This document shows, piece by piece, positions 52,064 to 62,611 of a DNA stretch of 64,000 nt. The notes below the pieces were generated by a model. That model did not search any database and was not told the DNA's origin. It was given only the letters and a program-made list of their open reading frames with translations. Made by a program: the position numbers and the translations under genes. The number at the start of each line of letters is the position of its first letter. Position 1 is the first letter of the stretch. Source of the DNA: an uncultured Acidimicrobiia bacterium (GTDB taxonomy: Bacteria; Acidobacteriota; Terriglobia; Versatilivoradales; Versatilivoraceae); NCBI GenBank assembly GCA_963786955.1, contig CAWBAT010000005.1, forward strand, positions 192,001 through 256,000, in the 5' to 3' direction.

Positions 52064-53080
52064 TTAGGTCTTGGAACCGACCGCTTGCGTCATGTGGCGT
52101 TGGCTCGCCGCGCTTGCGCTCTGTGAAAGAGAGTTCTTCGAATTGCAGTACCACTCGTAAGTTGCGCGAATCCCGTCTTCGAGCGAAATTTGTGACTGCC
52201 ATCCCAAATTCTGCATGCGAGTGATATCCAACAATTTCCTGGGAGTCCCATCGGGTTTCGACGAGTCGAAGCGCAATTCGCAATCTGTCCCAACAATCCG
52301 GCGTATCAGCAAGGCAAGTTCTCCAATCTCTAAATCCGTACCACTTCCCACATTGAGGATCCCATCCGGGGCTGCCTTGCGTATGGTATCCATCGGTAGC
52401 TGGAGTATGAAGACACAGGCAGCGGCTAAGTCATCTACGTGCAGAAACTCCCGGCGAGGCCTCCCACTCCCCCAAATTTCGACAGCCGCATTTCCATTGC
52501 GCCCGGCCTCGTAGAATTTGCGAATCATTGCCGGCAGAACATGAGAAGTTGTCAAATCGAAGTTGTCGCCCGGACCATACAGGTTGGTCGGCATCAGGCA
52601 AATGGAGTTGAACCCGTGCTGGATCTGATAAGCCTGGCACATTTTGATTCCCACAATCTTTGCTATCGCATAGGCTTCATTTGTTGGTTCCAATGGCCCA
52701 GTGAGGAGGTACTCTTCCTTGAGAGGTTGTGGCGCCAGCTTTGGGTAAATGCACGAAGAGCCCATGAAGATAAACTTTTTGGCACCATTCCGCCTAGCAG
52801 CATCGATCACATTGGTTTCAATAAGAATATTCTCCCGTATGAAATCGGCCGGGTAGCTGCTGTTGGCGAGGATTCCACCAACTCTAGCAGCCGCTAAAAT
52901 GACACAGTCCGGTCGTTCTTCCTCGAAGAAACGATTTACTCTCTCCTGGACAGTCAGGTCCAGCTCGGCTTGAGTTCGGAGCACGATGTTGGCATAGCCT
53001 TCGACTTGTAGCCTGCGCAGGATGGCTGCCCCCACCAATCCACGATGCCCCGCCAGAAAAATTTTCCCCTCTTTATGCAT
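52064..53080 (-). CDS. fcl: GDP-L-fucose synthase
   Basis: [28 protein letters not shown] and PTNLYGP motifs; ATG 53080. Confidence 0.93.
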   Translation of the reverse strand: MHKEGKIFLAGHRGLVGAAILRRLQVEGYANIVLRTQAELDLTVQERVNRFFEEERPDCVILAAARVGGILANSSYPADFIRENILIETNVIDAARRNGAKKFIFMGSSCIYPKLAPQPLKEEYLLTGPLEPTNEAYAIAKIVGIKMCQAYQIQHGFNSICLMPTNLYGPGDNFDLTTSHVLPAMIRKFYEAGRNGNAAVEIWGSGRPRREFLHVDDLAAACVFILQLPMDTIRKAAPDGILNVGSGTDLEIGELALLIRRIVGTDCELRFDSSKPDGTPRKLLDITRMQNLGWQSQISLEDGIRATYEWYCNSKNSLSQSASAASQRHMTQAVGSKT

Positions 53081-54116
53081 GGGCAAAACCTCGCTTCTCC
53101 GAAGCGAACCCCGCATCATTCAAATGCCGCTCTTGTTCAGCTAGTTTCAGATCATGGTCTACCATCATCCGGACCACCTCTTTAAATTTGATCCGTGGAC
53201 GCCAGTTGAGAACTCTTTCAGCTCTAGATGAATCACCCTCTAGAATGTCCACTTCCGTGGGGCGATAATAGCGGGGATCGGTTTTCACGAATGGCCTCCA
53301 ATCCATCCCCAGGCATTCCCCCACTTCGTCCAGGTATTCCCTCACCGAACTGGATTCCCCCGTGGCCACGACATAGTCGTCGGGCTCTGGTTGCTGCAGT
53401 GTCAGCCACATGGCTTCGACAAAGTCGCCCGCAAAACCCCAGTCCCTGCGTGCTTCGAGGTTCCCCAAATAGAATACGTCCTGCACCCCCATCTTAATTC
53501 GGCACAAGGCTCGCGTAATCTTGCGCGTCACAAAGGTTTCCCCCCGACGGGGTGATTCATGGTTGAAAAGGATGCCATTGCAGTTAAACATGCAATAGGC
53601 CTCCCGGTAATTGACGACGTACCAGTGGGCCGCTACTTTGCTAACTGCATAGGGACTGCGCGGACGAAAGGGCGTTTGTTCGTTTTGCGGCGGCGGGGAT
53701 GAACCAAACATCTCGGAAGTGCCCGCCTGGTAGTAACGAACGATTTTGCCCGTTGTGGCCACATGATCCCGTATTGCCTCTAACAGTCGCAGTGTCCCCG
53801 TAGCCCCGATATCGGCACTGTATTCGGCCTGCTCAAAAGAGATGAGTACATGGGATTGGCCCCGAGGTTGTAGACCTCGTCCGGTTGGACTTTTTCCAAA
53901 ATGCGTCTCAGGCCTGTACCATCGGCCAAATCACCGTAGTGCAGGTAGAGACGCGTCTCGGGATCGTGAGAATCGCGATAAAGATGATCAATTCGCGATG
54001 TATTGAATGAGGAAGATCGGCGAATGATGCCGTGAACTTCGCAGCCTTTCTCAAGTAGGAATTCCGTTAAGTAAGAACCGTCCTGACCGGTAGTACCCGT
54101 GATTAGTGCATTTCAC
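53073..54116 (-). pseudogene. gmd: GDP-mannose 4,6-dehydratase, frameshifted near the start and near 53860
   Basis: Upstream frame reads [14 protein letters not shown]; downstream ORF has [27 protein letters not shown] and RDWG. Confidence 0.88.
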
Positions 54117-54124
54117 ATTGGGTT

Positions 54125-54435
54125 TTTGTCAAAGTCTAAGGTCGAAGGGTCTAAAGCTTAAAGCAAAAGGGAAAAGACTTAGAGCAAATATAGCCGCGAA
54201 TGAACGCGAATTGACGCCGATTAAGACATCCCCCGGCGCCTCCTTTAGTAAGGGGGAAGTAATTGCCGAGTCGGGATTTAAAAGCTAACTAACGCAAAGG
54301 ACGCAAAGAGCGCCAAGAAAAGAACTAAGGTCTAAAACCAAAAGCAAAAGCGAAAAGCGAATGTTGCCGCAAAAAAGCGCAAGAAAAAAATTGAAAAGCG
54401 AAGGCCGGGACTCTGAACTACGGACTCCGAACTCT
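54125..54435. repeat. Modular intergenic repeat block
   Basis: Heptamers, GCCGCGAATGAACGCGAAT, GACATCCCCCGGCGCC hairpin and CGCAAAGGACGCAAAG. Confidence 0.8.
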
Positions 54436-54439
54436 CATT

Positions 54440-56866
54440 TTAGGCACCTTTGGCTTTGGCTTTGGGCTTGTCCTTTTCGCTGGGCCGGTAATAGTAGTAG
54501 TTGTCGTAGTGGCCCTGAGTTCTCTTAGGATTCCAGTGATTCAAAATTGTGCCCAATACAGGCGTATTGTCAGCCCGGAAACACTCTACAGCCGTCAGCG
54601 CCGCGTCCCGAGAGGTGAAGTTGGAGAAGAAGACCAGAATCACGCCGTCCGACAACCGGCCCAGGATGCGCGCATCCGAGAGGTTCAACATGGGCGGAGT
54701 GTCAATGAGAACAGTGTCGAACTCTCTTCGAAAACGTTTCAGAAGCTGGGGCAGACGCGTTGAAAACAACAGGTTGGCGATTTTGGTAGTCTCAGACCCG
54801 CAAGACAAAAGATGAAGGTTGGGAATGAGAGTTTTTGTCACGACCGATTCGATCTTGTACTCGTCCACCGGCGTTTCATCCAGCAACAGATCGGTCAAGC
54901 CCCGTTTGTTCTCCAAGCCGAAGATATGGTGCAGGCGCGGCTTGCGGAGATCGCCGTCAATGAGCAACACCCGCCGGTTGATCTCGGCCAGCGCAATACC
55001 CAGGTTGGTGGTCACCGTTGTCTTACCAGCCATCGGGTTGCAACTCGACACCACAATGACCCGAGGGCTGTTGCCGTTCTCCGAAGAGAAGAGAATGGAG
55101 GCCAGTGTCGTTCGGAATGCCTCCGCCACCAGAGACGGATTTTTTTGCCAGGTGACCAGTTCGACACATTCCGAATCTTTTCCATCCCCTAGCGATCGCC
55201 CCCGGGCGTAGCCGACCGGCAGGCTCTCCCGGACTGGTCTGTCCAACGCCGCCTGGCCATCGCCGGAATCGAGCTGCAGCGTGACTAACGGCGGCCGATG
55301 TCCGTACATCCTGGTCTTTCGATCGGCCCCCGCCATCGGAATCGCTCCAAACTCACGCACATTGAGGTAAAGCGGCGCGTCGCCGGGATCGTGGAGACTA
55401 TGATCCGCCCGGTCTCGAACGGCAGCAAAGACAATACCGAGAAAGACTCCCGCTAGAAGGCCAAGAGTGGTACTCCGCACGAAGTTTGGCTTGTAAGGGG
55501 ACGTGGGAATCCTGGCAGGATCCACGACACGCATGTTGCTCATTCGCATGGCCGCCGCGATCCCGTATTCCTTGACCTTCTGCAGGAGACTTTCGTACAG
55601 GCTGCGGTTGGTGTCTACCTCGCGCTTCAGGATGTTGTATTGAACGGCCTTGGCTGCCTGTTCGGAAACGAGCTTGGACTGCTCGGCATAGGCTTCAGAC
55701 AGCAGATTCTCGTTACGCCGTGAAGTTTCGTATTCGTTTCGAATGCGCTGGGAAACATTGTTGCGTTCCTTTGACAGGGTGGTTTCCAGCTCCTTGATCT
55801 GGGCCTCGATTACTTTTACTTTGTAGTGCCCCGGAGCAAACAAAGCCGTGAGTTCAGCACGCTGCCGGCGCAGATCGGTGAGCTTTTCCTGATAAGTCTT
55901 CAGAGAAGCATCATCCAGCACCTGGGGCAGAGAATCTACCGGGTTGGAAACGGTAATTCCAAACTGCGATTGTTTGGTCATGCGTTCTGCCTGGGCAGCG
56001 GAAAGCGCTTCCTGCAACTGCCGTAGCTTTTCTTCATCCAAGCTGTTCTTTTCCCCGGTGAACATCAGCCCAGTGGCATAAGCGTACGATTGAAGCTGGT
56101 CTTCAGATTTTTGCAACTTGATCTTGATGTCTTCGAGTTGGCGGGTGAGCCAATCGCCGGTACGCTGGGTACTCTTCCAACGAACTTCAATGCTTTGTTC
56201 AATGTATTCGTTGGCCAGAGTGTCAACAAACTTGGCAGCAATTTTAGGGTCGGTGGAGTCCGCTGAAATCGCAACGATGCGGGTCTGCGGTAACGCGCGA
56301 ACACTGAGGCTACCGCTGGCCATCGCTGCAGCCTCTTCTTGGCTGGAGATAGGTTTTGGTCCGGGCAGACGTAGTGCTTTGCGCCAAACGGAAATCCGGT
56401 CTTGTTGCTCCAAAACCTCCGGATGCTTTTCCAAATCCAGTTTGGCCAGAACCCGCGAAATGAGGGTTTCGCTTTGAATGATTTTGATTTGGGTGGGCAG
56501 GTTGGTTTCGGCAGAGTAGTAGTCGGTCGAGGCCCCCGTATCCACCTCCCGGTTGTTTAAGAGGATCTCTGTCTGAGGTTGGATCTCTAGAGTAGTTTGC
56601 GAGCGGTAAACTCTGGTTTGAGGCAATGCCACCAGCAGCCCGATAATAGCCCCCATAAACGCGATCAAGAGAATCGTCCATTGGTGACGACGGAGCAGTT
56701 TCCAATATTCCAGCACAAGGCTGGGCGATTCATCCTGGTGAGCCCTCCGCCGATTGGAAAAGTATGGGCGCTCAGCCTGTTGAACGGTTGAGTCTTCGTG
56801 TTTGGAGAGTGCAGTAAAAGGTTCACCCGTCAGAAGATAGCGGGGTTCGTTTATTTTAGGTTCCAT
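54440..56866 (-). CDS. wzc: Wzc-like polysaccharide co-polymerase / tyrosine autokinase
   Basis: Two TM helices with a coiled periplasmic domain, EAFR, AGKT, IDGDLRKP, IDTPP and a C-terminal Tyr cluster. Confidence 0.9.
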   Translation of the reverse strand: MEPKINEPRYLLTGEPFTALSKHEDSTVQQAERPYFSNRRRAHQDESPSLVLEYWKLLRRHQWTILLIAFMGAIIGLLVALPQTRVYRSQTTLEIQPQTEILLNNREVDTGASTDYYSAETNLPTQIKIIQSETLISRVLAKLDLEKHPEVLEQQDRISVWRKALRLPGPKPISSQEEAAAMASGSLSVRALPQTRIVAISADSTDPKIAAKFVDTLANEYIEQSIEVRWKSTQRTGDWLTRQLEDIKIKLQKSEDQLQSYAYATGLMFTGEKNSLDEEKLRQLQEALSAAQAERMTKQSQFGITVSNPVDSLPQVLDDASLKTYQEKLTDLRRQRAELTALFAPGHYKVKVIEAQIKELETTLSKERNNVSQRIRNEYETSRRNENLLSEAYAEQSKLVSEQAAKAVQYNILKREVDTNRSLYESLLQKVKEYGIAAAMRMSNMRVVDPARIPTSPYKPNFVRSTTLGLLAGVFLGIVFAAVRDRADHSLHDPGDAPLYLNVREFGAIPMAGADRKTRMYGHRPPLVTLQLDSGDGQAALDRPVRESLPVGYARGRSLGDGKDSECVELVTWQKNPSLVAEAFRTTLASILFSSENGNSPRVIVVSSCNPMAGKTTVTTNLGIALAEINRRVLLIDGDLRKPRLHHIFGLENKRGLTDLLLDETPVDEYKIESVVTKTLIPNLHLLSCGSETTKIANLLFSTRLPQLLKRFRREFDTVLIDTPPMLNLSDARILGRLSDGVILVFFSNFTSRDAALTAVECFRADNTPVLGTILNHWNPKRTQGHYDNYYYYRPSEKDKPKAKAKGA

Positions 56867-56869
56867 GAG

Positions 56870-57735
56870 AGGTCAGAGTTTTAGAGTTCGGAGTGAAAAT
56901 AAAAGGTCCAAGGTCTAAAGCTTAAAGCAAAAGCTAAAAGCAAATGTTGCCGCAAAGAAGCGCAAAGGGCGCAAAGATTTGCAACAAACTGGACCACGGG
57001 GAACACGGGGAAAGTCAAGAAAGCCGCAGATGGACGCGAATAAACGCGAATCAAAACTAGATCACAGGTTAAAGGTTCAAGGGCGAAGGGCAAAAAGTCC
57101 GGAGTATGGAGTCCGGAGTCAAAATAAAAGTTCAAAGGTCGAAAGTCAAAAGCCTAAGGCAAAAGCGAAAAGCAAATATCGCCGCAAAAGAACGCAAAGA
57201 CACAAAGAAAAAGGGCCGCGAATTGACGCGAATAAACGCGGATAAAGCCAGAAGGAAAAAAGTAAAAGCAAATGTTGCCGCAAAGGAGCGCAAAGGGCGC
57301 AAAGATTAACAACAATGGACCACGGGGAACACGGGGAAAGTCAAGACAGCCGCGAATGGACGCGAATAAACGCGAATCAAAACTAGATCACAGGTTAAAG
57401 GTTGAGGTTAAAAGTCCAAGGTCAAAGGTCTGACAATTGTCGAATGGCGATTGCCGAGTGTCGATCTAAAAGCTAACTAACGCAAAGGACGCAAAAAAAA
57501 GAGTCAAAGGTCGAAGGTCTAAGGTCGAAAGTCAAAAGTCACAAATGAAAAATGGAAAATGATGAATGACAAATGAAAAACCTCCACCCCCCTGAAGTCC
57601 CCCCATGTGTAAAAAGAGAAGGCAGAAAGCAGAAGGCAGGTACGAGTGAAAAGATCTCAAAGCAGGACATCCCCCCGGCGCCCCCTGTAAGAATGTCCAA
57701 GGTCAAAGGTCGAAAGTCCAAAGTCAAAGGAAAAA
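56870..57735. repeat. Largest modular intergenic repeat block (~860 bp)
   Basis: Two near-identical ~130-bp units (about 56935-57075 and 57263-57402) plus heptamer tracts and hairpins. Confidence 0.88.
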
Positions 57736-57752
57736 AGTCTATAACTGCTGGG

Positions 57753-58745
57753 TCAATAGTGGGCAATGATGGCAATGCTGGTCGCCATTGAGGTAGCACC
57801 CATAAGGGACTGCATGAAACTCGGTCTCGTCCTGCCGGGAATGTAGAGGATGTCGCCAGTCTGAAGCGTGACATCACTGGCGCCTCCAGTCAACATCACC
57901 TTCAAATCCACCGGCACCTCTTCCCGGCTGTCGGCTCCGGGAACGGGACGCAGAATTCTAGCTTTATCAGGTATTGCCGTTTTCTCCAGGCCTTCAGCCA
58001 TCGACAGAGCTTGCAGGGCGGTGATGGTTTTCTGTTCGCTAAGAATGATTCCGCCGGGTTTGCGTACGTCGCCAATCACATAGACCAGTTCCCCCTTGGG
58101 TACCGAGATGACGTCAAAAGGGCAGATGAGGATGTTCTCTTCCGGCTTGGTAGCCTCCATGATGGAGTTGAGATTGACGGTGGCAACGCTATACCGGCCG
58201 CTGTCTTCATTGACTGCATTGGGAAGTGGAATTTTGCCGAACTCCCGCCTGCGCGTAATTTTCACACTGTACCCGGCTTCCGGCTTGACTCCGTCGGCCA
58301 GCGAAAGCACTTCAAACAAGGTCTTGCGTCCCTCCAATTGCACCACGCCCGGTTTATTCACCCATCCGATAATAGAAACGGGTTGGCTGCGGTAATCCGT
58401 AATGTTGACAGACACCTGAGGTTCGTTGAGGGTATCCTTCAGCCGTGTGGCAATTTCCGCCTCAAGTTGTTCCGCCGTCATGCCGGATACTTTGATTTGC
58501 CCGATCATGGGGAGTTTGATATTTCCGGTATTTCCGATACGGACCGGTTTGTCGCTGATCTCTTCGAGATGCAGGACGCGGAGACTGATGGTATCCCCCG
58601 GCCCCAAGACGTATTCAGAGTCGCTCTGGGCGGGCTGGCCCGGGACAGATTGGGGAGCAGTGGCGGGGTTGTCTTGTGCGAAGAGAGCGGAAGAGAGGAG
58701 GAGAAAGAAGGCCACAAATAAGCGCGAGAGTTTGAGAGGTTTCAT
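57753..58745 (-). CDS. wza: Wza/OPX-family polysaccharide export protein
   Basis: Signal peptide, YVLGPGD, G.IKLPMIG and SLBB repeats (GWVNKPG, GDVRKPG). Confidence 0.85.
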   Translation of the reverse strand: MKPLKLSRLFVAFFLLLSSALFAQDNPATAPQSVPGQPAQSDSEYVLGPGDTISLRVLHLEEISDKPVRIGNTGNIKLPMIGQIKVSGMTAEQLEAEIATRLKDTLNEPQVSVNITDYRSQPVSIIGWVNKPGVVQLEGRKTLFEVLSLADGVKPEAGYSVKITRRREFGKIPLPNAVNEDSGRYSVATVNLNSIMEATKPEENILICPFDVISVPKGELVYVIGDVRKPGGIILSEQKTITALQALSMAEGLEKTAIPDKARILRPVPGADSREEVPVDLKVMLTGGASDVTLQTGDILYIPGRTRPSFMQSLMGATSMATSIAIIAHY

Positions 58746-58774
58746 GATGGTTTATCGGTCTTAGGGTGAAGGGA

Positions 58775-59160
58775 AAAGTTCGGAGTCCGGAGTTCAATAG
58801 GCAGAGAACAAAAGGTAGAGTGTATAGAGATAAGGGTCAAGGGCGAATTAAGAGGTCGAAGGTCGAAAGTCAAAAGCTTAAAGCAAAAAACTAAAAGCAT
58901 ATATTGCCGCAAGAAAACGCAAAGAACACAAAGGGAGCAAAGATAAACAAAAAAATAAACCACGGGAACACAGGGAAGAACAATATAGCCGCGAATGAAC
59001 GCGGATTAACACGATTCGAGGGCGATTGGGACATCCCCCGGCGCGCCCTTCAGAAAGGGGGAATAGTTTGTAGAAGGGCGAAAGGAAAAGTTCAGAGTTC
59101 GGAGTCCGTAGTCTAAAACTAAAGGAAAAACTAAAGCAAAAAGGGCAAGTACAAGAAGCA
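58775..59160. repeat. Modular intergenic repeat block
   Basis: Same module set as 56870-57735. Confidence 0.82.
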
Positions 59161-59175
59161 TTCGGCGGTCGGCGA

Positions 59176-59715
59176 TTAGCGGTGAGCGGCAACTAATCTC
59201 ATGGGCTGTTCAATCGGGCTGACCCAGTCCTGGTCAACTTCTACAGCCACGGAACGTTGCAGCAGAGTGACTGAAACAACTAATCGGGAAGGTTTCTTAA
59301 CGGAGGTCAGAATCCCTTCCACTCCTTCCAGAGATCCCCGCTCGATACGCACCCGCTGCCCAACTTTCAAATACGGCCAAGGTTCGGCTTGAAGACCCGA
59401 ATTCACGATGGATCGGAGCGCCGTAATTTCGCTCTCATCAACGGGAAGCGGAACCTTGCCAGCCCCAACAACCTGCAAAACGCCCGGCGTTACCAGAATC
59501 GGAAGCCGATAGTTCAGGTCAAAGCGGCAAAACACATACCCGGGGAACAGTGGCAACATGAGTTCTTTCATGCGGTCCGACCAGCGGCGCCTGATGCTGT
59601 AGAGAGGCAACAATTCTTCGTAGCCTTTGTCTTGCAATGCGGCAGCTACAATTTTTTCGTGCTGACTTCTAACAACGAGCGCAAACCATTGAAGTTCGTT
59701 GTTGGGTGACAGCAT
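59176..59715 (-). CDS. UpxY/RfaH-like NusG-paralog transcription antiterminator
   Basis: WFALVVRSQHEK, PLFPGYVF and KOW motif GQRVRIERGSLEG; first gene of the polysaccharide operon; GGAGG RBS. Confidence 0.88.
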   Translation of the reverse strand: MLSPNNELQWFALVVRSQHEKIVAAALQDKGYEELLPLYSIRRRWSDRMKELMLPLFPGYVFCRFDLNYRLPILVTPGVLQVVGAGKVPLPVDESEITALRSIVNSGLQAEPWPYLKVGQRVRIERGSLEGVEGILTSVKKPSRLVVSVTLLQRSVAVEVDQDWVSPIEQPMRLVAAHR

Positions 59716-59744
59716 GGTTTGTCCTCCGTTTCATACACACAGCC

Positions 59745-59975
59745 GACGGCCGGGGTCAACGACCCTAGGTACAACAATGGCGTCGCGGGAGCGGGAGTGT
59801 TGAAGCGTGCGCCGGGGGACAGCGGTCCCACGCGCCAGTTCCACCTGAATCTAACATCGCCACCCACCCCTGGAGCCTGAAGGCTCCGCCCCTCCGGAGG
59901 GGAATTCAGTCCGTCGAGAGGTCGGCCAGGGGTCGCGGGAGCTAACCGGGGTCAACGACCCCGGCTACAACAAAA
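59745..59975. repeat. REP-like palindrome cluster in the operon leader
   Basis: CCGGGGTCAACGACCCCGGCTACAAC and a partial second copy; 46-bp match to 11450-11495; CCCCTCCGGAGGGG. Confidence 0.72.
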
Positions 59976-60028
59976 GCGTCGCCATTAATTAATAAAGCCC
60001 ACGGCGTCGTCCGCCAGCCAAATTTATA

Positions 60029-60358
60029 TCAGAGGAAGCGGTGACTTTTAAATGCCACTGCCAGCCCCTGCTTTCCATCAGGCTTTGGCTCGACTCGTAC
60101 CACGATGCCTTGGGCCGATACGCGTGCCGCCAACTTTTTGCCATTAAAGGGGCTTATAAAATGGACAATCAATCTTAGCTGGGCGCCATTCGCAACCTTC
60201 TGCTGTAAAGCCAGGTAGAGGCCGCTGGCGCTGAGATTCTCGAGCTGGATCTCGGCCTCGATTGACTGACCGCTCGAATCCTTGCCCATGACTTTGACTG
60301 GGAAGGCTTCGCGGATGCGAGGCTTACCTCGCCGCTCTGGTCCGGCGTACTCGATCAA
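60029..60358 (-). CDS. PilZ domain protein
   Basis: ERRGKPR (RxxxR) and NLSASG motifs of c-di-GMP-binding PilZ domains. Confidence 0.8.
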   Translation of the reverse strand: MIEYAGPERRGKPRIREAFPVKVMGKDSSGQSIEAEIQLENLSASGLYLALQQKVANGAQLRLIVHFISPFNGKKLAARVSAQGIVVRVEPKPDGKQGLAVAFKSHRFL

Positions 60359-60538
60359 AAAAGCCCCTTAGGAAATTGGAGTTCTTTTACCATCAAGACA
60401 AGCTACCGCACAAATTGTCCCATCCTTTCTTAGATCTAAGAAAGGCCGAGACAATGTAGGAGCAAAACCCGTTATGGACAGTGGAAAGATAATTGAAGAC
60501 CAGTGACGCCTTTTATTCGGGCCTTCTGCTGCTTTCTG

Positions 60539-61618
60539 CTAGTGTAGTGCGTCTAACGCTTCTTTACATTTGATGACTTTGGCCAGTATTTGGTCAGCTG
60601 TTGCTGTCCAAACGAAAACCTGAGGTTTTTCGTTATGCTTCCGCAAGTAGTCTTCGATGACGGCTACCAAATCAGGAACACTGGCAAAAGAACCGCGGCG
60701 AATGCGTTTCTCCGTGAGATTGCGAAACCAGCGTTCTACCAGATTCAGCCAAGAGCTCGAGGTCGGAGTAAAGTGCAAATGAAACCTGGGGTGGCGTCGA
60801 AGCCAGGACACTACGCGGGGATGTTTGTGTGTTCCGTAATTGTCGACGATCAGATGCAGGTTCAGCTCATCGGGAGTCTGGCAGTCGATCCGCTTCAAAA
60901 ACCGAATGAACTCCTGGTGGCGATGCCTCGGCATACAATCGCCGATCACGCGGCCGTCCAGCAGGCTCAGGGCGGCATACAGCGTCGTGGTGCCGTGGCG
61001 TTTGTAATCGTGAGTCAGGGTGCCACAACGCCCCTTCTTCAAAGGCAACCCCGGCTGAGTTCGATCCAGGGCTTGAATCTGCGATTTCTCGTCGACGCAC
61101 AGCACCAGCGACTTATCGGGAGGATTCAGGTACAAGCCCACAATGTCACGCAGTTTCTCGATAAACCGTTTGTCTCGGCTGAGCTTAAAGGTCTTCGTCA
61201 GGTGGGGCTTCAGATTATGTTGTTTCCAGACCCGCCGGATGGTGGCTTCACTAAGCCCCTGAGCCGCTGCCATCGTGCGGGTGCTCCAGTGCGTCGCATT
61301 CGGCGGTTTGCTATGCAACGTTGCTTCTATGACGGCTCGAATCTTTGGGTCAGGAATTTTCGGAAAGCGTCCGGGGCGCGGCGCATCCTTCTCCAGACCT
61401 TCCAGCCGAAGCGCCAGAAACCGCTGGCGCCAGAGTTGTACCGTAGGGCGAGATACTCGCAGCGCCTGCGCGATAGCCTGACTCTGCATACCCTCAGCCG
61501 CCATCTGAATGATCTGCGCCCGCTGAACGACTCGCAGAGGCATGCTTCGACTCCGTGCCCAGGTTTCCAAAATAGAGTGTTCTTCGGTCGAAAGGAAAAT
61601 CATCGGGGCTATTCTCAT
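60539..61618 (-). CDS. IS630-family DDE transposase
   Basis: HTH region, VDEKSQIQAL, YKRHGT, DNYGTH and SWLNLVERWF; the stop codon uses the TA target site. Confidence 0.93.
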   Translation of the reverse strand: MRIAPMIFLSTEEHSILETWARSRSMPLRVVQRAQIIQMAAEGMQSQAIAQALRVSRPTVQLWRQRFLALRLEGLEKDAPRPGRFPKIPDPKIRAVIEATLHSKPPNATHWSTRTMAAAQGLSEATIRRVWKQHNLKPHLTKTFKLSRDKRFIEKLRDIVGLYLNPPDKSLVLCVDEKSQIQALDRTQPGLPLKKGRCGTLTHDYKRHGTTTLYAALSLLDGRVIGDCMPRHRHQEFIRFLKRIDCQTPDELNLHLIVDNYGTHKHPRVVSWLRRHPRFHLHFTPTSSSWLNLVERWFRNLTEKRIRRGSFASVPDLVAVIEDYLRKHNEKPQVFVWTATADQILAKVIKCKEALDALH

Positions 61619-61676
61619 GACTCGACATCATAGCCAAGTCAGTAATATAAGTAAAGTTATTTATGACGCATACCAC
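60542..61676 (-). mobile_element. IS630-family insertion sequence
   Basis: TA duplication at 60540-60541 and 61677-61678 in a CTAG site; imperfect TIRs GTGTAGTGCGTC / GTGGTATGCGTC. Confidence 0.9.
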
Positions 61677-61894
61677 TAGTTTCCCGAATTTTCTTATTCC
61701 CAAGAGTATTTCAACTGAGCTCGCAATCTATAGGTATCCTCAAGAAAACACAACGGATGTTGCGCCCATTCTGCATGGCCGGTTAGTGCCATTTTTTCAA
61801 AGTGATTTTATGGGAGGCTCGTGCCATATCAGGCGGGAGCTATGATTAACGGGGAATTGCTGCATTCATTTTAGGGTAGGAAATCGTATCGAAG

Positions 61895-62611
61895 TCATTC
61901 ATATTTTCCTGCGGATTTGACTCGAGTTTCCGGCGGACTAACCAATTTCTGGCGATAGGCAAAAATGATAAGCTCAAACCGACTAGTGACTTCCAGCTTG
62001 CTGAAGACCGAGGTGAGATGGTGTCGGACGGTCGTTTCACTGATAAAAAGACGGTTGGCAATGTCTTTGTTCTTGAGCCCGGCAGAAACAAGATCGAAAA
62101 CCTCGCGCTCCCGGGCGGTAAGCAAAGAAATGCCAGGAGAGGCAGAGGTCTTCTTTTCCCAAAGGCTCGGCTGCGACATCTTAGTAATGATGCCCGTTGC
62201 CAGCTTGCGGTTTAACCAGATCTCTCCGGAGTGAACCTTCAGAATGGCTCTGCGTAATTCTTCGGGCGCTTGCTCCTTTAGTACCAAACCCATGGCTCCA
62301 ACAAGAATCGCCTGGTGGTGAGCATCTGAGTCGTTCACCGAAGTCAAAACGATGATACGCCCTCCTTCGGATGCCTCTTGCAAATCAGGGATGCAGTCTA
62401 TGGCACTGCCGGCACGTCCTAAATCGAGGTCAATCAAGATAATTTGGGGCTTCTCGCGGGCTGCAATCACATGAGCCTCAACGGGAGTTCCAGCCTCCCC
62501 GATCACCTTCATACCTAGCCAGCTTTCGATCAGCAGGCGGAGGCCTGCACGAACGATCTTCTGGGGATCAACGAGCAGGACCCGAATTGAAGGTTTTCCG
62601 CCGGAGGACAT
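61895..62611 (-). CDS. NarL/LuxR-family response regulator
   Basis: Receiver domain (LIDLDL, VLTS, VLK) plus LTAREREV..GLKNKDIA..LFISETTVRHH HTH. Confidence 0.9.
   Translation of the reverse strand: MSSGGKPSIRVLLVDPQKIVRAGLRLLIESWLGMKVIGEAGTPVEAHVIAAREKPQIILIDLDLGRAGSAIDCIPDLQEASEGGRIIVLTSVNDSDAHHQAILVGAMGLVLKEQAPEELRRAILKVHSGEIWLNRKLATGIITKMSQPSLWEKKTSASPGISLLTAREREVFDLVSAGLKNKDIANRLFISETTVRHHLTSVFSKLEVTSRFELIIFAYRQKLVSPPETRVKSAGKYE

Noticed and set aside
55180-55260. Possible in-frame repeat insert in the Wzc linker
   Set aside because: The linker is naturally variable and the similarity to the local palindrome families is too weak to claim
60590-61633. 347-aa antisense ORF over the IS630 transposase
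   Set aside because: It fully overlaps a clear transposase and has no recognisable motifs; probably a shadow ORF
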